Shown piece after piece: positions 1 to 9,229 of a DNA stretch of 64,000 nucleotides; position 1 is the stretch's first letter; each line of letters starts with the position of its first letter. Below the pieces are notes generated by a model that was not told the origin of the DNA, searched no databases, and saw nothing but the letters and a program-made list of their open reading frames with translations. The stretch comes from Competibacteraceae bacterium UBA3908 (lineage in GTDB: Bacteria; Pseudomonadota; Gammaproteobacteria; Competibacterales; Competibacteraceae): contig DGFE01000100.1 of the NCBI GenBank assembly GCA_002391525.1, positions 8,604 to 72,603 on the forward strand. The letters are read 5' to 3'. The translations under genes were made by a program, and so were the position numbers.

Positions 1-836
1 GCGGGCCTCGTCTGCCCAGGAGCGCCTGTCTGCCGATCAACCGTTGCAATCTGCCGGCGGCGATCCTGGGCGGTCTCACCTTTCAGCACTATCCAACGCG
101 GTTGCTGCTCGATGGGGTGGCGGAACTGCACCACCAGCTGTTCCGCTTGCTGGAGCTGTTGACCGAACCCGTCGAGCGGGCGCGACAGTTCATGGATTAC
201 ATGACGGTGTATTTCCGGCTGGAGGCGCTGGAGGAGGTAGGTCTGGCGCCGGGCCGGTCGCCGGACGCGCGTCCGGGTCGGCCCAGGTTGCGCGGACGGG
301 CGGATTATCTGCGCATGGCGCGCGGCTGGGCCTTCGATCCCAACAGCCGGGAAGGCGCGGTGCTGAAGGCGTGGGTGGAATCCCGGTTCGGCCTGCTGAC
401 CCGTTATCACGGCGGCTTGTTCGATGATCGCGCTCAGGATGTCTATCCGCATTTTCTGGAAGCGCGCAGCCGGGGGCTGTACAACACCAATGCCCTGGAA
501 GCGCAACTGGACCTGCTGTACACCTACTGCCAATACGAGCAACTCCGCCAGCAACCGGAATTGACCCACCTGAGCCTGTATCGCGGCTTCAATCGCTTCA
601 GCGACGACCAGGTGCTGGCCAAGCTCGAACCCCGCCGGTGGATCGTGCTGCTGAACAACCTCAGTTCCTTCAGCGTCCATCGCGAGCGCGCCGAGGAGTT
701 CGGCGATCATCTGCTGCGGGTCCAGGTGCCGGTGGCCAAGGTGTTTTTCTACAACCGGATGCTGCCCGGCATGTTGAAGGGCGAGGACGAGTATGTGGTG
801 ATCGGCGGGATTTATGAGGTGGAGCGGTTGGCGTGA
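1..836 (+). CDS. draT: NAD(+)--dinitrogen-reductase ADP-ribosyltransferase (DraT-like); 5' end at or beyond window edge
   Basis: The frame is open from nt 3 to TGA 834-836. Recognised DraT-like segments are INRCNLPAAILGGLTFQ, YLRMARGWAFDPNSREGAVLKAWVESRFGL, and an R-S-E ART pattern (YRGF, LSSFS, EDEYVV). No canonical start lies upstream of TTG 102, so the true start is probably outside the window. Confidence 0.7.
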   Translation, partial: GPRLPRSACLPINRCNLPAAILGGLTFQHYPTRLLLDGVAELHHQLFRLLELLTEPVERARQFMDYMTVYFRLEALEEVGLAPGRSPDARPGRPRLRGRADYLRMARGWAFDPNSREGAVLKAWVESRFGLLTRYHGGLFDDRAQDVYPHFLEARSRGLYNTNALEAQLDLLYTYCQYEQLRQQPELTHLSLYRGFNRFSDDQVLAKLEPRRWIVLLNNLSSFSVHRERAEEFGDHLLRVQVPVAKVFFYNRMLPGMLKGEDEYVVIGGIYEVERLA

Positions 837-886
837 TTTGTCTGGAATCGCGCGAGGGTTTTAGGTTTGCGAGGATGTTAGACCCC

Positions 887-1330
887 ATGAATCATCATCA
901 AGGCGGGTGTCTACGAAGTAGTCGGGTCTGGCTCGCTGCCGCGCTCTACTTCGGCATCGTGTTCGGTGTCGGTTTCTTGCTCGGCGCTGTGCGCGTGCCA
1001 TGGCTTGTCCCACGCCTTGGTGAGTGCGTTGCCGAACTTGCGGAGATGCCGCTGATGTTCGTAGCCATCTTCCTGGCCGCCGGCCACGTCGTCAGAAAGG
1101 GCGGAGCCTCGGTTACTCCGCGTGGCTGGGTGCTGGTTGGCGCCCTATCCCTGGTGTTCCTCGTAATCGCCGAGCTTCTTCTGGCCGTGGTACTGGCGGG
1201 TCGCGGCATCGGTGAGTACATCGCCAGTCGAGACCCAATCTCTGGCTCCGTGTACCTTGCCATGCTGGTGGTGTTCGCGGCGATGCCGTGGTTGCGGCAT
1301 AGGCTGGGCGCCCCTGTTGCGGGCGGGTAG
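887..1330 (+). CDS. hypothetical integral membrane protein (about 4 TM segments)
   Basis: The ORF has hydrophobic helices (WLAAALYFGIVFGVGFLLGAV, MPLMFVAIFLAAG, WVLVGALSLVFLVIAELLLAVVLAG). ATG 887 is preferred. An alternative GTG 833 overlaps the draT stop (GTGA). Confidence 0.5.
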   Translation: MNHHQGGCLRSSRVWLAAALYFGIVFGVGFLLGAVRVPWLVPRLGECVAELAEMPLMFVAIFLAAGHVVRKGGASVTPRGWVLVGALSLVFLVIAELLLAVVLAGRGIGEYIASRDPISGSVYLAMLVVFAAMPWLRHRLGAPVAGG

Positions 1331-1429
1331 CCCCATGGAACCTAACCCTTTGCCCAAACGGACGTGCACGGCATGCCGCCCCTGCGGTTTGTTCAGCTCA
1401 AATACTCCGCGTTCAAAGAGGGATGGCCT

Positions 1430-2545
1430 ATGGCCATGATGACGAGAAGAATGTTCATCACCACTGCCGCAGCGACGGGTCTGGGCGCCGCAGGAGCCCT
1501 TACGTTCCACTCCTTCAGCCAGGGCCGTTCGGACTACGAGCAGGCCGTGAAGCAGATATGGCGTCATGGTGAACGCGGTTCGAGCGACGCGCCCGCCGTA
1601 CTGCGGGAACTCGTGCGCTACGCCACCCTCGCACCGTCCAGTCACAACACCCAGTGCTGGAAGTTCAGGCTGGGTGACCAGTCGGTTTCAATTCTTCCCG
1701 ATTATCAACGCCGGTGTCCGATTGTTGATCCAGACGATCACCACCTCTTTGTCAGCCTCGGCTGCGCCGCCGAGAACCTGGTGCAGGCCGCGTCCGCCAT
1801 GGGCTTTCGAGGCGAGGCCGTTTTGAATTCGGGAACGAACGAATCATTGGAAATCTCCCTGGTGCGCGCAACGGCGGTGCGAACGCCGCTGTTCGAGGCC
1901 ATCCCGCGCCGGCAGTCGACCCGGGTTGAATTTGATGCCAAGCCCCTTTCAAACGACGAATTGAGGCGTCTGGAAACCGCCGGCTCAGGAAATGGCGTAC
2001 AGATTCACCTGCTCACCAACAAACAAGCCATGGAGAATGTCCTTGATTTCGTCGTTCAGGGAAACACCGCACAGATGCGGGACCCGGCCTTTGTGCGCGA
2101 ACTCAAACACTGGTTACGTTTCAACGGTGGGCAAGCGGCGAAACAGGGCGACGGACTGTTTTCAGGCTCTTCCGGCAACCCAACGGCCCCCGGTTGGCTG
2201 GGCGGCCTGCTGTTTGACTGGTTCTTTACCGAAAAGGCCGAAAACGACAAGTACGCGCGACACGTTCGAAGTTCCGCCGGCATCGCGGTGTTTGTTTCAG
2301 AGCGTGAGGACAAGCGTCACTGGATCGCGGCAGGTCGCGCCTTTCAACGGTTCGCGTTACAGGCAACCGCCATCGATGTTCGCACCGCTCACCTGAATCA
2401 ACCGGTGGAAGTCGCATCGCTCCGGCCGCAGTTCGCCCAATCCATCGGCATGTCGAGTGGAAGACCTGACCTGGTCATTCGCTTCGGTCGGGGTCCCGAA
2501 ATGCCCAGATCCCTGCGTCGCCCGTTAGATGCCGTTATTCTCTGA
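1430..2545 (+). CDS. Tat-exported nitroreductase-family (Acg-like) FMN oxidoreductase
   Basis: There is a twin-arginine leader (MTRRMFITTAAATGLGAAGA) and a nitroreductase signature (RYATLAPSSHNTQCWKF). ATG 1430 is chosen over upstream in-frame starts. Confidence 0.7.
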   Translation: MAMMTRRMFITTAAATGLGAAGALTFHSFSQGRSDYEQAVKQIWRHGERGSSDAPAVLRELVRYATLAPSSHNTQCWKFRLGDQSVSILPDYQRRCPIVDPDDHHLFVSLGCAAENLVQAASAMGFRGEAVLNSGTNESLEISLVRATAVRTPLFEAIPRRQSTRVEFDAKPLSNDELRRLETAGSGNGVQIHLLTNKQAMENVLDFVVQGNTAQMRDPAFVRELKHWLRFNGGQAAKQGDGLFSGSSGNPTAPGWLGGLLFDWFFTEKAENDKYARHVRSSAGIAVFVSEREDKRHWIAAGRAFQRFALQATAIDVRTAHLNQPVEVASLRPQFAQSIGMSSGRPDLVIRFGRGPEMPRSLRRPLDAVIL

Positions 2546-2553
2546 GGAGTCCC

Positions 2554-3198
2554 ATGGAGGCAAACCCCATGCAGCACAATGCTTTCATCAAAAACCTCAT
2601 GGTTTCTTTTGTCACTGTTGTTGTTCTGGCGGGCTGCGCCAGTACACCACCACCGCGATCCGGGTTCCTGGTCGATTATCCCGATCTCAAACCGGATCCT
2701 GGCAATCCGCAGTTGCTCTGGTGGGAAAAGCCCGACTTTGACTGGAAGCGCTATCAGAAACTGATGATCGATCCAGTGGTTATGTATTACGACCCAAAAG
2801 CCAAAAATCAGGAAATCCGACCTGACGACCTGAATCGGCTTGCCGACGAGTTTCGAGACGTCGTCACTGCTGAACTGGGGAAAAATTTTCCTGTAGTTAA
2901 TACACCAGGTCAGGATGTTCTGCGTATACGCGCCGCCATTACCGAAATCATTCCCGCAAACCCGGCGTTGAACGTGGTGACGACGGTGGTAGCCTTTGTA
3001 CCGCTCGACATGGGGGGCGCTGCGATCGAGGCCGAGTTCATCGATTCAATGACCAACGAACGTGTGGCTGCCATGGTGGAGCGCAAGCTAGGCACGCCTT
3101 TTGATTTGAAATCCGGCTTCACTTCGCTGGGTCATGCCAGAGCTTCGTTCAAGTCCTGGGCAGCGGAACTGAAACGAGCACTTGAGACCGGGCCGTGA
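2554..3198 (+). CDS. DUF3313-family lipoprotein
   Basis: It has a lipobox (VVLAGCAS) and the SGFLVDYPDLKP motif typical of DUF3313. A GAGGAG RBS lies about 6 nt upstream of ATG 2554. Confidence 0.65.
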   Translation: MEANPMQHNAFIKNLMVSFVTVVVLAGCASTPPPRSGFLVDYPDLKPDPGNPQLLWWEKPDFDWKRYQKLMIDPVVMYYDPKAKNQEIRPDDLNRLADEFRDVVTAELGKNFPVVNTPGQDVLRIRAAITEIIPANPALNVVTTVVAFVPLDMGGAAIEAEFIDSMTNERVAAMVERKLGTPFDLKSGFTSLGHARASFKSWAAELKRALETGP

Positions 3199-3227
3199 AA
3201 ACTCCGATACAGCGTCAGTGACCAAAT

Positions 3228-3388
3228 GCCTAACGGGGCGGCGGATAAGCCGCGACGGGCGGGAAAGCCGCAGGCTTTTCCGCCCGGAGTCGGCTTCATC
3301 CGCGGGTTGTGCTGCGCGGAGCACCAAGCAAACCGGCGGATGTTTATGCGCCGCCCCGTTGTCGCGGGCGCGAAGCGTCCGCGACAAC
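3228..3388. repeat. GC-rich structured palindromic element, copy A (attC-like or REP/MITE-like)
   Basis: GCCTAAC-GGGGCGGCGGATAA (3228-3247) pairs with TTATGCGCCGCCCC-GTTGTCG (3344-3364). Internal hairpins are GGGCGGGAAAGC/GCTTTTCCGCCC and CATCCGC..GCGGATG. A perfect 10-bp stem GTTGTCGCGG/CCGCGACAAC spans 3358-3388. Confidence 0.75.
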
Positions 3389-3431
3389 AAGTAGTTCCAG
3401 CGGAGCGTCAACAGTGGTCCTTGGCGCCTTT

Positions 3432-3479
3432 CGCCGCCGCCCCGTTAATGGCACAACTGATTGCAAGCTTTGATGGATT
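3432..3479 (+). repeat. right-end repeat motif CGCCGCCGCCCCGTTAATGGCACAA...TTGATGGATT (direct copy of 4127-4171)
   Basis: Aligned by eye with 4127-4171. The shared motif is CCGCCGCCC[CT]GTTA(A)TG(G)CACAA-N3-ATT-N-CA-N-GC-N-TTGATGGATT. Confidence 0.7.
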
Positions 3480-3709
3480 TTGAATTTGTTGGAAACATCA
3501 CTAATATCGAACCCATTGCGACAGGTCGGGGCATACGCGATTTAGTGCGGTTACAGAGGCAATATGGCAAAGGTAATTGGAGAAAATTGAAGGGATTTGC
3601 AAGTGTGCGACTTATAGATGGTACCATTCATACGGCTGAAGTTCACTGGTATGAAGCGCACGGCATAGGCAAGAAAGAGTTCAAGATAAAGTTCCCTCTA
3701 CTTGATTAG
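3473..3709 (+). CDS. small conserved hypothetical protein (78 aa)
   Basis: The ORF lies in the AT-richer patch. The segment GRGIRDLVRLQRQYGKGNWRKLKGFASVRL..HWYEAHGIGKKEFKIK resembles a widespread small protein family of unknown function. ATG 3473. Confidence 0.55.
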   Translation: MDFEFVGNITNIEPIATGRGIRDLVRLQRQYGKGNWRKLKGFASVRLIDGTIHTAEVHWYEAHGIGKKEFKIKFPLLD

Positions 3710-3716
3710 TTAGACT

Positions 3717-3953
3717 ATGAATACCGGCAATAAAGAACAAATCCGCTTTGCTGTTTGCGTCAGCAATGAAGGTTATCCAGCATCCTTGGAGGTTGGCAAG
3801 CTTTATCAAATTATTCCCGATGACACGGCGGAGTCTCACGGCTACATCCGTGTTATTGACGAGAGCGGTGAGGACTATGGTTACAGTAAGGATCGCTTTT
3901 TCCCAATTGAGATTCCTGTCGCCTTGCAGAAAGCCTTGCTGAAGGCGGCGTAG
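3717..3953 (+). CDS. small conserved hypothetical protein (78 aa), probably co-transcribed with 3473..3709
   Basis: It starts 7 nt after the previous stop. The motif YPASLEVGKLYQIIPDDTAESHGYIRVIDESGEDYGY recurs in many small bacterial ORFs of unknown function. Confidence 0.55.
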   Translation: MNTGNKEQIRFAVCVSNEGYPASLEVGKLYQIIPDDTAESHGYIRVIDESGEDYGYSKDRFFPIEIPVALQKALLKAA

Positions 3954-4038
3954 CAAATGGTGAAAAACACCTAACAACCGACTCAAAAATGAGGCGCGTA
4001 GCGAGCATGCGGCTCAAGTTGAGTGTCGGATCCGGCGT

Positions 4039-4171
4039 GTCCGCGACAACAGGGCGGCGGATGTTATCCACTGGTTGCTTGCTTCAGGCGAAAAAGCCTA
4101 CAGCTTTCCCGCCCGTCGCAGCTTATCCGCCGCCCTGTTATGCCACAAATTATTTACAGCATTGATGGATT
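4039..4171. repeat. GC-rich structured palindromic element, copy B (inverted relative to copy A; attC-like)
   Basis: GTCCGCGACAAC-AGGGCGGCGGAT (4039-4062) pairs with ATCCGCCGCCCT-GTTATGC (4125-4143). The reverse complement of 4092-4143 matches 3228-3285 nearly base for base. Confidence 0.75.
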
Positions 4172-4426
4172 AAAAATATGCTCCGCTCGTTATTAAAATG
4201 CTCGCGAATTCAAGCGCAGCGAAGAAAATTAGAAACCAATTTTCTGCCAATAAAAAAATATAGCGAACCTCGAATGCACTCGGCCACTGATTTTATCGTT
4301 GCACCGGATATTCGACACGAAGCGCCTCACGACCAGTGGATAAGCGGACTCCGAGCGAAAAAACCCCGTGGCCTATCGCCACTGCCTTAGTATTTCTACA
4401 GAATCCGATTTCTTTCCGGAGGCATT

Positions 4427-4990
4427 TTGGGAGTGAGAAAACTAAAGACCGTGGATGATCTGCTGCAATCCGGCGACGAGCACGTCGAGCTGATCAGCGG
4501 TGAAATTGTCAAGCGCCCGATGGCGCGGGCCGAGCACGCCCTCATCCAGTCGAGCATTTCTGATGAAGTTTCGCTATTTAAAAGAAAAGAGGGTCCGGGA
4601 GGATGGTGGATAATGCCCGAGATCAGTGTTAAGTATAACGAAAATCAATGTCCCAGCCATGACTTGGCGGGATGGCGGAAAGAACGCGTACCACTTAGAC
4701 CCAAGGGGATAATGAATATCATACCCGATTGGGCTTGTGAAATTACCTCACCACGGCACGAAAGGAAGGACCTCTTTCACAATTTTTTACTGTTGCAACG
4801 TAGTAAGGTTCCCTATTACTGGGTGATTTCTCCGGAAGACAAGACACTGATTGCCTACAGACTGATTGACGAGAAGTATCAGGTGACCTTTTCCGTGGAA
4901 TTTGGAGTTGAACAGGATTTCGAAAAGGCCAGAATCCCGCCATTCGAAGAAGTGGAAATTGATTTGAAGTATATTTTTGGCGATGAATAG
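4427..4990 (+). CDS. Uma2-family (DUF820) putative endonuclease
   Basis: Family-typical segments are VELISGEIV..., PDWACEI(T)SP and VPYYWVISPEDKTLIAY. The start is TTG 4427 or GTG 4433, after GGAGG at about 4417. The region is AT-richer than its surroundings. Confidence 0.7.
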   Translation: MGVRKLKTVDDLLQSGDEHVELISGEIVKRPMARAEHALIQSSISDEVSLFKRKEGPGGWWIMPEISVKYNENQCPSHDLAGWRKERVPLRPKGIMNIIPDWACEITSPRHERKDLFHNFLLLQRSKVPYYWVISPEDKTLIAYRLIDEKYQVTFSVEFGVEQDFEKARIPPFEEVEIDLKYIFGDE

Positions 4991-5031
4991 TCATTTAAAG
5001 GAAGGCGGGGTACAGCCGCAAGCTTCATTCT

Positions 5032-6022
<991 letters not shown>

Positions 6023-7456
6023 TCAAGCGCAAAGGCAGGTCGAGGTTGCTTCGGCCGCGCGCCGGCCGCTGTCGCGCCATTCGGCGTAGACCGTCAGCAG
6101 GGCATCGATGATCGGTTCCCTGGCGTGCTCGCTGTTGGGCGAGATGCCGGCGTCCTCCAGAGCACGCCACGGCTCGAAACCGATGCGGGCACAGAGCAGC
6201 ACCGTGCAATCACTCAGCGCCGCAATCGCGCCGGCCAGCGCGGGTGCTGCATCGCCACAGGTGGTCGGGCCGTTGCAATAGCGGTCGATATTCCGCCGCT
6301 CCACCAGTTTCGCGCCCACGGGCGAAATGTCGAAAATCAAGAACTCGCGAGCGCTGCCGAAATGGGCATCGACGTTATGGCCATCGTTGCTGGCTACCGC
6401 CATGCGCAAGGTCTCGCTCGCGTTGGGGCGCGAACGGCGGGCCAGCAGCGGCATGGGCTGCGCTGGATGGGCAATTTGAGAATGCAACGCCATCCGGCGC
6501 TCGATGGCGGCGCGCACCGTCGCCCGTTTCGCCAGAGCCGCCCGCCAGTCGACCTGCATGGCCGCGACCTTGTCCAGCGTGAATTCCGCGCCGCGATCCT
6601 GTCCCACTATCCCCACCGCATCGGCGCGGCACTGTTGGCAATGGCTCATCATCCCCGTTCCGCCACTATCGCTGGCGCAGGCGTCTCGCAAGGCGCGCAC
6701 CTGCTCGGCGGTCGGTTCGGCCTGTCCGGTCAAGCCGTAATACGTGCCGTGTTCCGGGCGGGCGATCAGCGGCATGATGTTGTGCAGGAACGCACCCCTG
6801 GCCTTGACGACCCGGTGAACTTCGTGAAGGTGTTCGTCGTTGATTCCCGGAATCAGCACCGAATTGACTTTCACCAATACTCCACGCGTCACCAGCATTT
6901 CCAAACCCTTCTGCTGCTGGGCGATGAGGATTTCCGCCGCCTGGCGTCCCCGGACGCGGCGATGGTTCCAGAAAATCCAGGGATAAATCCGCGCGCCGAT
7001 GTCGGGGTCCACGCAGTTGATAGTGATGGTCACATGGCCGATGCGGTATTTGACCAGCTCCTCCACCTGTTGCGGCAAGGCCAGCCCATTGGTGGAAATA
7101 CACAAGCTCAGGTCGGGCGCCTTGGCCGCCAGTTCGCGGAAGGTGGCGAACACCCGCTCGGGATTGGCCAGTGGGTCGCCGGGTCCGGCCACGCCCACCA
7201 CCGCCAGGTGCGGAATCGCCGCGCCCACCGCCAGTGCTTTTTGCGTCGCCTGTTCGGGAGTCAGCAACTCCGACACCACGCCGGGACGCGATTCGTTGGA
7301 GCAGTCGTATTTGCGGTTGCAGTAGTGACACTGGATGTTGCAGGCGGGCGCGACCGCCAGGTGCAGACGGGCGAAATGGCGGTGCGCCTGTTCGGAATAG
7401 CAGGGATGCGGTGCTGACGAAGCGCCGGCGGCGGTCGGCTGGCTGATCGGTTCCAT
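6023..7456 (-). CDS. nifB: nitrogenase cofactor biosynthesis radical-SAM protein NifB (with C-terminal NifX-like domain)
   Basis: Radical-SAM motif ACNIQCHYCNRKYDC, with HPCYSEQAHRHFARLHLAVAP and SVLIPGINDEHL. ATG 7456 lies downstream of the sigma54 promoter. The longer ORF reaching 7837 would begin upstream of that promoter. Confidence 0.92.
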   Translation of the reverse strand: MEPISQPTAAGASSAPHPCYSEQAHRHFARLHLAVAPACNIQCHYCNRKYDCSNESRPGVVSELLTPEQATQKALAVGAAIPHLAVVGVAGPGDPLANPERVFATFRELAAKAPDLSLCISTNGLALPQQVEELVKYRIGHVTITINCVDPDIGARIYPWIFWNHRRVRGRQAAEILIAQQQKGLEMLVTRGVLVKVNSVLIPGINDEHLHEVHRVVKARGAFLHNIMPLIARPEHGTYYGLTGQAEPTAEQVRALRDACASDSGGTGMMSHCQQCRADAVGIVGQDRGAEFTLDKVAAMQVDWRAALAKRATVRAAIERRMALHSQIAHPAQPMPLLARRSRPNASETLRMAVASNDGHNVDAHFGSAREFLIFDISPVGAKLVERRNIDRYCNGPTTCGDAAPALAGAIAALSDCTVLLCARIGFEPWRALEDAGISPNSEHAREPIIDALLTVYAEWRDSGRRAAEATSTCLCA

Positions 7457-7528
7457 CGGCGTTTCCCCGGAAGTATCGGATCGGATAAGGCGAATCGCGG
7501 CCCGCGAGCGGACGGCATGGATCGTGTA

Positions 7529-7543
7529 GCAACCGCCGTGCCC
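7529..7543 (-). promoter_or_regulatory. sigma54 (-24/-12) promoter of nifB-fdxN-nifQ
   Basis: The minus strand reads GGGCACGGCGGTTGC (GGCAC-N5-TTGC, GG-N10-GC spacing). It lies about 75 nt upstream of the nifB ATG. Confidence 0.85.
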
Positions 7544-7604
7544 AATTGGGAAATCAGTCAACTGGTTGTCAAGATTGGTTTTTTGTCGCATGGACCCGGT
7601 GGGC

Positions 7605-7620
7605 TGTGGTGTTTGCCACA
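7605..7620. promoter_or_regulatory. NifA upstream activator sequence (TGT-N10-ACA), proximal
   Basis: TGTGGTGTTTGCCACA matches TGT-N10-ACA exactly. It lies about 65 nt upstream of the -24 element. Confidence 0.7.
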
Positions 7621-7636
7621 TCGCGGCGGCGGCGAT

Positions 7637-7652
7637 TGTCGGTAATGGCACA
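7637..7652. promoter_or_regulatory. NifA upstream activator sequence (TGT-N10-ACA), distal
   Basis: TGTCGGTAATGGCACA matches TGT-N10-ACA exactly. Confidence 0.65.
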
Positions 7653-7671
7653 AGGTAGGATCGGAACAAAA

Positions 7672-8385
7672 TCAGCGTGTGTTCGCGTTGGGCGCCGGGC
7701 TGGCTGGAGCGACCCGCTGGGTCAGCGCGGGAGTGGTGGATGCCGGTTCTGGACCCACGTAGCCGTCCGTGCCGAATTTCAAGCCTGATTCGGCAGCCAG
7801 ACGCGGGAGTCGCGCCGCCAGATTCCGGCCAGGGCAAACGGTCTTTCCCGGTTGAAAATCCCGATGGCCCGCCAGGTGAGTGAGCGGATGTTTTCCGACC
7901 AGATAGCGAATCAGCGATTTCAAGCTGGCCAGTTGTCCGGGAGTCGGCTCCGTTTCCTCAAAATTTCCCAGCAACACGATTCCCAGCGTGCCGGCGTTAT
8001 GGCCGCTGGCGTGCGCGCCATGCACCGCGAGACTTCGCCCTTCGTAGATGTAGCCCCGGTCATCGATCACGAAATGGTAGCCGATGTCCAGAAAGCCTCT
8101 GCCGTGCATGTGTCCGGCTTGAATCTCGCGCGGACCGTCGGTCCGCGGCAAGGCGGAGTGATGCACGACGACGGTGTTGAATAGTTCGGGACCCTGCTCG
8201 TCGCGGAGGCTCGGATCCGGGTCCTCGGCCCCCCATTCCGAGCGGGAAATGATGTGTGGCGATTCGCCGGTGGCTGCCGGGCGGCGCGAACGATACAAAA
8301 GAGAGGATAGGGCGCCGATGGCGGATAATCCCGCCAGCCATTTGAGCAGCGCGCGGCGGGAAAAGCCGTTGGGCTTTGTCGTCAT
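7672..8385 (-). CDS. Tat-exported N-acetylmuramoyl-L-alanine amidase (Amidase_2/PGRP fold)
   Basis: RR leader FSRRALLKWLAGLSAIGA, with VVHHSA, GYHFVIDDRGYIYEGR, HASGHNAGTLGIVLLGNF and TVCPG. Confidence 0.8.
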   Translation of the reverse strand: MTTKPNGFSRRALLKWLAGLSAIGALSSLLYRSRRPAATGESPHIISRSEWGAEDPDPSLRDEQGPELFNTVVVHHSALPRTDGPREIQAGHMHGRGFLDIGYHFVIDDRGYIYEGRSLAVHGAHASGHNAGTLGIVLLGNFEETEPTPGQLASLKSLIRYLVGKHPLTHLAGHRDFQPGKTVCPGRNLAARLPRLAAESGLKFGTDGYVGPEPASTTPALTQRVAPASPAPNANTR

Positions 8386-8394
8386 GATCCGTCG

Positions 8395-8655
8395 TCACTC
8401 AAGGCGATGGGTACACAGCCACTGCTCGTCGAAACCGGTCCACATGCCGGCCACGCCAAGTAAATTCGGTGAAACCACGGGTGCGACCTCGATGAGATAA
8501 ATCTCGCGCAAGACTTCAATGCTGAGGCCGGAATCGGCCATGACCCGCGCGATGCGCTCCAAATCCAGATCGGTGAGTTCGGTATCCAGCCATAAATCGG
8601 ACAGGGCTGCCCAAATCGGCTGGCGCTTTTGGAGCTGCTGCTCGTCGAACATCAT
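8395..8655 (-). CDS. small hypothetical protein (86 aa)
   Basis: Compact ORF 9 nt upstream of the amidase gene on the same strand. No motif was recognised with certainty. Confidence 0.45.
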   Translation of the reverse strand: MMFDEQQLQKRQPIWAALSDLWLDTELTDLDLERIARVMADSGLSIEVLREIYLIEVAPVVSPNLLGVAGMWTGFDEQWLCTHRLE

Positions 8656-8812
8656 CGGGAAAAGCTCGAGCGTCCGCGTTGGCGCCCGAGTCGGACATCG
8701 GTTTACTGCCGAAGCCGAAAAGCGCCTTTTTCCGGATGCGACTCATCCCGCTTGGACCTGACGGTTTGCGTTATTCTTCGCGTCCACCCGCTTGAACAAA
8801 GGAAAAATCGTC

Positions 8813-9217
8813 ATGCTGACCCAGTCCCTGGCCGGTCTCCCCTCGTTTCTGGCCTACTTCGCCACCGCCATCGGCCTGCTCGCGCTGTTCCTGCTGGCGT
8901 ATCTCTTCGTCACGCCCTACCGCGAGATTGCCCTGATTCGTGCGGGCAACGCGGCGGCGGCGGCCAGCCTGAGCGGCGCCATTCTCGGTTTCGTCCTGCC
9001 GCTGGCCAGCGCTATCGCCCACAGCGTCGGCCTGCTGGACATGACCGTCTGGGGGTTGGTCGCGCTGGTCGTGCAATTGCTGGTCTATCTGGCGGCGCGG
9101 CTGCTGCTTCCCGATCTGGTCCGCGATATTCCCGCCGGCAGGATTGCGTCCGGGGTCTTGCTTGGCGCGCTGTCGCTGGCGGTCGGCATCCTCAACGCGG
9201 CCTGCATGACGTACTGA
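8813..9217 (+). CDS. DUF350-family membrane protein
   Basis: It has four hydrophobic segments and a DUF350-like TPYREIALIRAGNAAAA motif. ATG 8813 follows an AAAGGAAAAA stretch. Confidence 0.6.
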   Translation: MLTQSLAGLPSFLAYFATAIGLLALFLLAYLFVTPYREIALIRAGNAAAAASLSGAILGFVLPLASAIAHSVGLLDMTVWGLVALVVQLLVYLAARLLLPDLVRDIPAGRIASGVLLGALSLAVGILNAACMTY

Positions 9218-9229
9218 GCGGCAGCCAGG

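Noticed and set aside
4178-4390. 70-aa ORF between repeat copy B and the Uma2 gene
   Set aside because: It has no RBS or motif, lies in AT-rich spacer sequence, and gives a basic low-information translation. It is probably a non-coding leader.
3199-5031. Calling a bona fide integron
   Set aside because: There is no intI integrase, attI or Pc promoter in the window, and the repeat orientations are not uniformly direct. It is kept only as an attC-like or REP-like hypothesis.
7545-7600. IHF site between the NifA UAS and the nifB promoter
   Set aside because: The region is A/T-rich, but no good WATCAANNNNTTR match was found on either strand by eye.
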